Origin: an uncultured Oscillospiraceae bacterium
GTDB taxonomy: Bacteria; Bacillota; Clostridia; Oscillospirales; Ruminococcaceae
Assembly: GCA_949745795.1 (NCBI GenBank)
Contig: CATKAZ010000110.1
Coordinates: 10,723 to 74,722 of the forward strand
Direction: 5' to 3'
Length of the DNA stretch: 64,000 nt
Shown: in pieces, positions 57,454 to 64,000 of the stretch
Numbering within the stretch: the stretch's first letter is position 1
Layout of the letters: each line of letters opens with the position of its first letter
The notes under the pieces: generated by a model
What the model was told of the DNA's origin: nothing
The model's input: the letters and a program-made list of their open reading frames with translations, nothing else
The model's database searches: none
Made by a program: the position numbers and the translations under genes

Positions 57454-59477
57454 TGCTCGGCACTGAAATACTTGCTCCTGCCGGCAGCTTTGAATCCCTG
57501 AAAGCTGCCGTAAACTGCGGAGCTGACGCTGTTTACATCGGAGGAAAGCAATTTTCCGCAAGACAAAATGCTGCAAATTTTGATGATGAAGAACTTAAAC
57601 AAGCAGCAGAATTGTGCCATCTTCACAATATAAAAATTTATCTCACTGTCAATACAATTATATTTGACAATCAGGTAAATGATTTTGTCCGTTTCATAAA
57701 AAATGCTGCCAATGCCGGAATTGACGCTTTTATTGTGCAGGATACGGGGGCTGCCGAAATTATCAGAAATGTTGTTCCGAATGCCAATATTCACGGCTCT
57801 ACACAGATGACTGTTCATTCCGTCAAAGGTGCAAAATTTCTCAAGGAGCTTGGATTCAAACGTGTAGTTATTTCACGGGAACTTACCGAAAAGCAAATTA
57901 AAGAAATATGTTCAGTGGGAATTGAAACAGAAGTTTTTGTTCATGGTGCATTGTGTATGTGTGTGTCGGGTCAATGCTATTTATCATCGTTGATAGGTCA
58001 AAGAAGCGCTAACCGTGGTTTCTGCGCACAGCCTTGCCGTCTTCCGTATTCCGTTTTCAGAAAACCGGAAAACAATGACCTATCTCTAAAGGACTTATCA
58101 TTGATTAGTCATCTTAAAAAATTGTCACAAATTGGCGTTTTTTCACTGAAAATAGAGGGAAGAATGAAACGTCCGGAATATGTTGCTTCGGCAATACTCG
58201 CATGCAGACAGTCCTTAAACGATCAAACTCCGGATATGGCTCTTCTTAAATCTGTATTCTCAAGAAACGGATTTACCGACGGATATTTTACCGGTAACAC
58301 AGAAAATATGTTTGGTACTCGTGAAAAAGATGATATAATTGCAGCCAGAGATATTCTTCCGGATATCAGAAAAAAATATGATCATGAAAAGAAATCCGGA
58401 AAGCTCGATTTTCATGCTGAAATCAAATCAAAAAGTCCGGTGAAGCTTACTGTTTCCGACAGCTTTGAATCTGTAACGGTTTTCGGTGAAATCCCTGAAA
58501 CTGCCGTAAATAAACCTATTGATTTTACATATCTGGAACGTCAGCTTTCAAAGCTCGGCGGAACAATTTATGAATTCGGCAATTTAAGTGCCGATATAGA
58601 CGACGGTCTGATTTTAAGCGCTAAATCTATTAACACACTCAGAAGAGAAGCTGTAGAATTACTTAATAAGAAAACTATAAAAAGAAATACACATAAATAT
58701 AACTGCTGTCCTTTGGATATTGCTTTGACGGATATTCGTGAAAATCTGCGGGAAACTCGCATGAGAATATCCCATATAAATCAGCTTGAGGCTGTTTCCG
58801 AGGCTGACAATATAATTATGCCGCCGGATGTTTTTCTGAACAGCAAATATAAAAATATTTCCAAAGTTATTATTGAACCTCCAAGGTTTATATATAATGA
58901 AAAAGAAATATTTAAAATACTTGAAAAATGCAGAAGCAACGGAGCAGAACATTTAATGTGCAGTAATTTAGCTTACATAAAAATCGGAAAGGAACTTGAC
59001 TTTAAACTCCACGGAGATTTCGGACTGAATACAGCTAATTCATATAGTCTGAACTTTCTTAACAAAATGAATTTAACGGACGCTGTTTTATCCTTTGAAA
59101 TGAAATTTAAACAAATATCAGCCCTAAAAAAAGCTATTCCAACAGGAATTATTGCGTATGGATATCTTCCGGTTATGATTACCAAAAATTGCCCTATTAA
59201 AAACGAAGTGGGATGTAAAAGGTGTGAAAAAATAATATACGACCGTACCAGACGTGCCAACAAAATTGTTTGTCATGGAAATTATACGGAAATCTTAAAT
59301 GCACAGCCCCTTTATTTAGCTGATAAAATGCAGGATATCAAAAATATCAGCTTTATCACTCTTTATTTTACAAACGAAACTCCCGAGAAAATAAAAGAAA
59401 TAATAAAGGACTATTGCTCAGGCGGAACTGAAAAAAACAATATTACAAGAGGACTTTATTACAGAGGAGTTATTTAG
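57453..59477 (+). CDS. U32-family peptidase (with a DUF3656-type C-terminal extension)
   Basis: 674 aa with the U32 signature EVFVHGALCMCVSGQCYLSS. It is coupled to zapA by a TAATG overlap. Confidence 0.85.
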   Translation: MLGTEILAPAGSFESLKAAVNCGADAVYIGGKQFSARQNAANFDDEELKQAAELCHLHNIKIYLTVNTIIFDNQVNDFVRFIKNAANAGIDAFIVQDTGAAEIIRNVVPNANIHGSTQMTVHSVKGAKFLKELGFKRVVISRELTEKQIKEICSVGIETEVFVHGALCMCVSGQCYLSSLIGQRSANRGFCAQPCRLPYSVFRKPENNDLSLKDLSLISHLKKLSQIGVFSLKIEGRMKRPEYVASAILACRQSLNDQTPDMALLKSVFSRNGFTDGYFTGNTENMFGTREKDDIIAARDILPDIRKKYDHEKKSGKLDFHAEIKSKSPVKLTVSDSFESVTVFGEIPETAVNKPIDFTYLERQLSKLGGTIYEFGNLSADIDDGLILSAKSINTLRREAVELLNKKTIKRNTHKYNCCPLDIALTDIRENLRETRMRISHINQLEAVSEADNIIMPPDVFLNSKYKNISKVIIEPPRFIYNEKEIFKILEKCRSNGAEHLMCSNLAYIKIGKELDFKLHGDFGLNTANSYSLNFLNKMNLTDAVLSFEMKFKQISALKKAIPTGIIAYGYLPVMITKNCPIKNEVGCKRCEKIIYDRTRRANKIVCHGNYTEILNAQPLYLADKMQDIKNISFITLYFTNETPEKIKEIIKDYCSGGTEKNNITRGLYYRGVI

Positions 59478-59490
59478 AACGGAGATTATT

Positions 59491-59934
59491 ATGAATCATA
59501 TTCTTAAAATAAAAAAACTTAATAAAAATGCCGTTGTCCCGGCACAGGCAACTATCGGCAGTGCCGGTATGGATTTATCGGCGTGTCTTGATAATGATGT
59601 TATCATTGCACCGGGAAAGATCGAACTTATCCCTACAGGATTAGCAGCTGCTCCGGATACACACCAATGTGCACTCCTGATCTATCCACGTTCGGGACTG
59701 GCGTCTAAATACGGCATAGCACTGGCAAATTGCGTCGGAGTAGTTGACAGTGATTACAGAGGAGAAATAAAAATTCCATTAATAAATCACGGCAGCGAAA
59801 GCTTTACCGTAACAAATGGTATGAGAATTGCCCAAATGATAATGACTCCGGTTATTCTGCCGGAAATTATAGTCACTGATCATCTGGACGAAACAGAAAG
59901 AAATGCAGGCGGATTCGGATCGACAGGACAGTAA
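59491..59934 (+). CDS. dut: dUTP diphosphatase
   Basis: 147 aa with GSAGMDL, PRSGLA, VVDSDYRGE and the C-terminal GGFGSTG. Confidence 0.92.
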   Translation: MNHILKIKKLNKNAVVPAQATIGSAGMDLSACLDNDVIIAPGKIELIPTGLAAAPDTHQCALLIYPRSGLASKYGIALANCVGVVDSDYRGEIKIPLINHGSESFTVTNGMRIAQMIMTPVILPEIIVTDHLDETERNAGGFGSTGQ

Positions 59935-59962
59935 GTATTAACAGACGGAAAGGATACATAAA

Positions 59963-60220
59963 ATGAAAAATAAAATTCTATTAATTGCCTTGCTGATTGC
60001 AGCGGCAATTATCGGATCAATTGCCGGAACAGGCGCAGAACATATAGAAGCTCTTGACTGGCTGGCATATTCAAAACATATAAGCATTTCTCCGTTTGAA
60101 CTTAATCTTGTTATCATAAAACTGACCTTTGGATGTGACTTTTCAATGAGTGTATCACAGATTCTATTCATGATTCTGGCTGTTGCTCTTTATCCGAAAT
60201 TTAATAAAATGCTTAGCTGA
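59963..60220 (+). CDS. Small membrane protein (DUF4321-like) upstream of mreB
   Basis: 85 aa with two hydrophobic segments, in the conserved clostridial position before mreB. The family assignment is from memory. Confidence 0.5.
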   Translation: MKNKILLIALLIAAAIIGSIAGTGAEHIEALDWLAYSKHISISPFELNLVIIKLTFGCDFSMSVSQILFMILAVALYPKFNKMLS

Positions 60221-60385
60221 TAATTCTGACCGTTTTTCATATCACAAAAATAAACATAATTCACAATTTTTCTAGCTAATATTGTTGTTAAAGGTACTGT
60301 TTGGTGGTATAATAAATTTAGAGTTTTAGACTGAATTATACAATCATGATTTATATAAAAAGAACATAAAGGAGAAATGCAAAAG

Positions 60386-61402
60386 ATGTTTACAAAGGAT
60401 ATTGGAATAGATTTAGGTACAGCCAATACTCTTGTTTTTATGAGAGGCAAAGGCATTATCATACGTGAGCCTTCTGTTGTTGCAGTGGATACAAGAACAG
60501 ATAAGGCTAAATATGTTGGCAAAAAGGCTAAAGAGGTCATCGGAAGAACTCCGGGTTCGATTATTGCCGTCAGACCCCTTAAAGACGGCGTTATAGCTGA
60601 CTTTGATATAACCACTACACTGCTGCAGGAATTTATAAAAAAAGCGCTTAGAGGTACTTTTTTTACTAAAGCACGGGTTATAATATGTATTCCGTCCGGA
60701 GTTACCGCCGTGGAAAAGCGTGCAGTTAAGGAAGCAGCGGAAAATGCCGGAGCAAAAAGAGTTTTTATTGTTGAAGAACCTATGGCAGCGGCAATAGGTG
60801 CAGGTCTTCCCGTTGCCGAGCCTACAGGAAGTATGATTGTGGACATAGGAGGAGGAACAAGCGAGGTAGCCGTTATTTCACTCAGAGGAATTGTTACTTC
60901 ACGTTCTGTAAGAGTTGCCGGAGACGAATTTGACCGTTCTATAATAAATTTTATAAAAAAGAAATATAATTTACTGATTGGTGAAAGAACAGCTGAAAAT
61001 ATAAAAATTGAAATCGGTTCAGCATATCCAAGCGAAAATGAAAAAACTATGGAAATAAAGGGAAGAAACTTATTAAACGGTCTTCCGGAAAATATAACCG
61101 TTACTTCTACTGAAATAAGAGACGCTTTGACTGAACCTCTTGCAAGAGTTATTGAAGCAATTAAAACAACACTTGAAAAAACCCCTCCGGAATTATCCTC
61201 GGATATTATCGATCAGGGAATAACTTTGGCAGGAGGAGGCGCACTTCTCAGGGGACTCGACAAGCTTATAAGCCGTGAAACCGGAATGCCTGTCTATATT
61301 GCGGAATATCCTCTTGACTGTGTAGCAGAGGGAACAGGCAAAATACTGGAGGATCTTGACAAATTTGAAGACGCATTAACTGATGATGTTCACTACTATT
61401 AA
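60386..61402 (+). CDS. mreB: Rod shape-determining protein MreB
   Basis: [15 protein letters not shown], plus the actin-fold phosphate and adenosine motifs ([16 protein letters not shown]). The start at 60386 has better RBS spacing than 60377. Confidence 0.93.
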   Translation: MFTKDIGIDLGTANTLVFMRGKGIIIREPSVVAVDTRTDKAKYVGKKAKEVIGRTPGSIIAVRPLKDGVIADFDITTTLLQEFIKKALRGTFFTKARVIICIPSGVTAVEKRAVKEAAENAGAKRVFIVEEPMAAAIGAGLPVAEPTGSMIVDIGGGTSEVAVISLRGIVTSRSVRVAGDEFDRSIINFIKKKYNLLIGERTAENIKIEIGSAYPSENEKTMEIKGRNLLNGLPENITVTSTEIRDALTEPLARVIEAIKTTLEKTPPELSSDIIDQGITLAGGGALLRGLDKLISRETGMPVYIAEYPLDCVAEGTGKILEDLDKFEDALTDDVHYY

Positions 61403-61499
61403 GGCGAGTTAACCGCTTTCTATAGGGCATATCTGAAAACTTCATATATTTATGTCAGTTTTCAAATACGCCCTGAATTATCAGAAAGGAGAAAAGAAA

Positions 61500-62477
61500 G
61501 TGAACCAGTTTTTTAAAAGCTTCAAATTCAAGGTAATAGTCTGTATAACAGCTTTTTTCTTGGGAATGGCACTATATTCCGTAACAAAAGACGGCAAAAC
61601 CTCAGAAGGCTCACAATTAATCGGTACAGTACTAAATCCGGTCAAACGTTTTTCCAATGTAATCTCAGACAAGGTATCGTTGGTTATTGATCTTTTTGCA
61701 AATTCAGAAGAATACGTTGAGGAAAATCGTAAGCTCAAGGAACAAGTTGCCGATTTAAATAACCGTCTGATTGATTATGAAGATATCAAATCCGAAAATG
61801 AAGACTTAAGAAAATTTATAGGCATTAAAGAAGAAAATGAAGATTTTGTTCTGTCACCGCCATGTACGGTTATCTCCAGAATGACAAACGATCCTTACGG
61901 AACTTTTGTGATCGACCGTGGTTCTAATGACGGAATTAAACTTTATGATCCTGTTGTAACCTCTGAAGGTCTGGTAGGAATAATAACAGAAGTTGCTAAA
62001 TCATATGCAACAGTCAGAACTATACTGTCCCCTGATTTATCAGTAGGCGGACTTTGCGTTGAAAGCCGTGATACAGGTATTATAGAAGGAAGTCTTACTT
62101 ATGCCTCCAGCGGTAAATGCAAAATGATTTATCTTGATAAAAATAATAAAATAAAAAAAGGAGACCTTATTATCACATCCGGTAACAGCGGACAGTTTCC
62201 ACAGGGATATGTTATCGGAAATGTCACGGAAACCGGAATCGAAGAAAGCGGTCTTACTGCTTATGCAATAATCGAACCTGCTGTAAATCCCAATAAAATT
62301 ACAAATGTTATGGTTATAACCGAATTTGACAAAACAGAAAATGAAAATCAGATCCCCACAGGAAATATCGGAGAAGAAACTACAGAAAATACTACCGATA
62401 CTACCGAACCGGACAGTACCGACAATACAGATGCGACTGAAAATACAGAAGAAACAACTGAAAGCGGTGAATATTAA
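61500..62477 (+). CDS. mreC: Rod shape-determining protein MreC, with a Thr/Glu/Asp-rich C-terminal tail
   Basis: I chose the GTG start after GGAGAAAAG. It has a TM helix, a coiled coil (ENRKLKEQVADLNNRL) and a beta-barrel domain (VVTSEGLVGII...GDLIITSG...FPQGYVIG). The tail is EETTENTTDTTEPDSTDNTDATENTEETTESGEY. Confidence 0.85.
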   Translation: MNQFFKSFKFKVIVCITAFFLGMALYSVTKDGKTSEGSQLIGTVLNPVKRFSNVISDKVSLVIDLFANSEEYVEENRKLKEQVADLNNRLIDYEDIKSENEDLRKFIGIKEENEDFVLSPPCTVISRMTNDPYGTFVIDRGSNDGIKLYDPVVTSEGLVGIITEVAKSYATVRTILSPDLSVGGLCVESRDTGIIEGSLTYASSGKCKMIYLDKNNKIKKGDLIITSGNSGQFPQGYVIGNVTETGIEESGLTAYAIIEPAVNPNKITNVMVITEFDKTENENQIPTGNIGEETTENTTDTTEPDSTDNTDATENTEETTESGEY

Positions 62478-63031
62478 TGTCGATTAAACCAATGACAAGA
62501 ATACAAAAAATCAGATATTATGCCGTTATCCGCTGGGCTTTATACATATTTCTTATATTTGTTTCGGCAATATTAATAAACGTAGGAAAAGGTGTTAAGC
62601 CTATATATTTCATTCCTCTGTGCGTGTGTATCTGTATGAATGAAGGAGAATATCCCGCTGCTTTTCTTGGAGGAATATGCGGTCTGATTTTTGATGAAGC
62701 AAGCGGAAAAATTTTCGGATACAGCAGTGTTATGTTTATAATTTTCTGTGTTTCGGCAACAATTTTGTTTAGACATTTGCTTTTTCAAAATGCTGTAAAT
62801 GTTATAGCCTTATCAGCAGTATATACAGCCACTTATCAAATACTTGACTACTTCTTTTACTATGCTATGTGGGATTATGAAAATTCGGGGTATGTATTTT
62901 CACACATTTCAATTCCGTGTATTTTCTACACAATAATAATTTCTCCGATAGTCTATCTTATTATCAAACCCATCGTAAAAAGATTCTATCCGAAAAAAGC
63001 TAAAACCATTGAAGAAGCTATGAAAGTATAG
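62477..63031 (+). CDS. mreD: Rod shape-determining protein MreD
   Basis: 184 aa polytopic membrane protein coupled to mreC by a TAATG overlap. Confidence 0.75.
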   Translation: MSIKPMTRIQKIRYYAVIRWALYIFLIFVSAILINVGKGVKPIYFIPLCVCICMNEGEYPAAFLGGICGLIFDEASGKIFGYSSVMFIIFCVSATILFRHLLFQNAVNVIALSAVYTATYQILDYFFYYAMWDYENSGYVFSHISIPCIFYTIIISPIVYLIIKPIVKRFYPKKAKTIEEAMKV

Positions 63032-63058
63032 CGGAATATTGTAAAGGAAAGGATAACA

Positions 63059-64000
63059 ATGAAAGAAATACTAGACAGACTCAGGACTGCCTTTCTGGCA
63101 ATTCTAGTAGTAATTGCCGTGGCACTAGGCTGCATGAAGCTTATGACAATTCAAATTGTAAATGGTGATGCATATCTTCAGGAATCTGAATACACTTCTA
63201 TTTATACTCAGACAATTAAAGCTACAAGAGGACAAATTGTTGACAGTAAAGGAAATCCTATAATCGAAAATAAAGTCGGATTCAATGTTATTATTGATGA
63301 TTCACTATTCCCGTCTGATAATAAGGAAGCTAATAAAATTATAATGCAGACCATTGAAATACTCAAAGAAAATAAATTGGAATGGAACGAAACTATACCG
63401 ATTTCAAACAGTGCTCCTTATGAATTTAAAAAAAATCGTGACAGTGATATAGAAAAGCTTAAAAGCCTTGTTGGTGTAAATGTTTACGCTACAGCAGAAA
63501 ACTGTATTGATAAGATCATTGATGACTATGAAATTTCCGATACGGACTATACTGAAAATGAACGGCGTATAATAGCGGGTATACGATACGAAATGCTGCT
63601 GAGAGATTTTTCACTCGGCAATACATTTACTCTCTGTGAAGATGTTCCTGTCGATGTAGTAACACAGCTTAAAGAGCTTGGAGTTAAACTGAAGGGTATT
63701 GATGTTGTTGAAGACGCTGTTCGCATCATTTCACAGGGAGATGTAATTCCGCACGAAATCGGTACTGTCGGTCCTATTTTTGCAGAAGAATACGATGAGC
63801 TGAAAGAAAAAGGATATGCCATGAATGATTCTGTAGGAAAAGACGGAATCGAAAAAGCCTTGGAAGATACGCTCAAGGGTAAAGACGGTACAAAAACAAT
63901 AACTGTCACCAACGGATCTGTTATTTCATCCGATATTACCGAGGAAGCAAAAGGCGGTAATACTGTAAAGCTTACCATAAACAGCGATTATCAGCGTGAT
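63059..64000 (+). CDS. mrdA: Penicillin-binding protein 2 (elongation transpeptidase), N-terminal 314 aa; runs off the window
   Basis: Absent from the ORF track because there is no stop in the window. Translation from the ATG at 63059 gives MKEILDRLRTAFLAILVVIAVALGCMKLMTIQIVNGDAYLQESE...IKATRGQIVDSKGNPI, a typical PBP2 dimerisation-domain start directly after mreD. Confidence 0.8.
   Translation, partial: MKEILDRLRTAFLAILVVIAVALGCMKLMTIQIVNGDAYLQESEYTSIYTQTIKATRGQIVDSKGNPIIENKVGFNVIIDDSLFPSDNKEANKIIMQTIEILKENKLEWNETIPISNSAPYEFKKNRDSDIEKLKSLVGVNVYATAENCIDKIIDDYEISDTDYTENERRIIAGIRYEMLLRDFSLGNTFTLCEDVPVDVVTQLKELGVKLKGIDVVEDAVRIISQGDVIPHEIGTVGPIFAEEYDELKEKGYAMNDSVGKDGIEKALEDTLKGKDGTKTITVTNGSVISSDITEEAKGGNTVKLTINSDYQRD

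Noticed and set aside
60190-60846. 218-aa ORF antisense to mreB
   Set aside because: It lies entirely within and opposite a strongly supported mreB CDS. It has no RBS and a low-complexity Ala/Ser/Thr/Ile composition typical of the reverse frame of a codon-biased gene. Long antisense ORFs opposite actin/Hsp70-fold genes are a known artefact.

Overview
AT-rich chromosomal segment of a spore-forming Firmicute, class Clostridia. A dockerin-bearing surface protein, Thr/Glu-rich linkers, bofA and spoVG suggest a Ruminococcus-like or Oscillospiraceae organism. The content is almost entirely core housekeeping. It includes ispE, a B12-riboswitch-controlled cobalt ECF transporter (cbiQ-cbiO-cbiMN), a siroheme-type sulfite/nitrite reductase, a ClpC-like unfoldase, truA and ecfA1-ecfA2-ecfT. 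It also includes glmM, ruvCAB, pheA, rpmG-secE-nusG-rplK-rplA, ddl, murI, argS, ftsEX with an M23 peptidase and ctpA, and rplJ-rplL with an L10 leader. The remaining genes are bofA, spoVG, murC-lexA, zapA, a U32 peptidase, dut and mreBCD-mrdA. I see no rRNA or tRNA genes, CRISPR arrays, transposases, integrases or phage genes, and no recognisable defence island. I cannot point to a convincing new multi-gene system. The observations most worth a second look are: (1) an in-frame TAA inside the essential argS gene; (2) a G7 homopolymer frameshift separating the signal peptide from the body of an LRR-dockerin surface protein, which is either phase variation or a sequencing error; (3) an XRE-HTH regulator fused to a desulfoferrodoxin-like metal domain, next to a translationally coupled LUD-domain/radical-SAM pair; (4) a repeat-dense operator-like region upstream of a PucR-type regulator that heads the ftsEX-M23-ctpA module; (5) a ClpC-like AAA+ protein with a zinc-ribbon N-domain; (6) three small low-complexity proteins next to bofA. 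All calls come from reading the translations and sequence by eye, with no database search.
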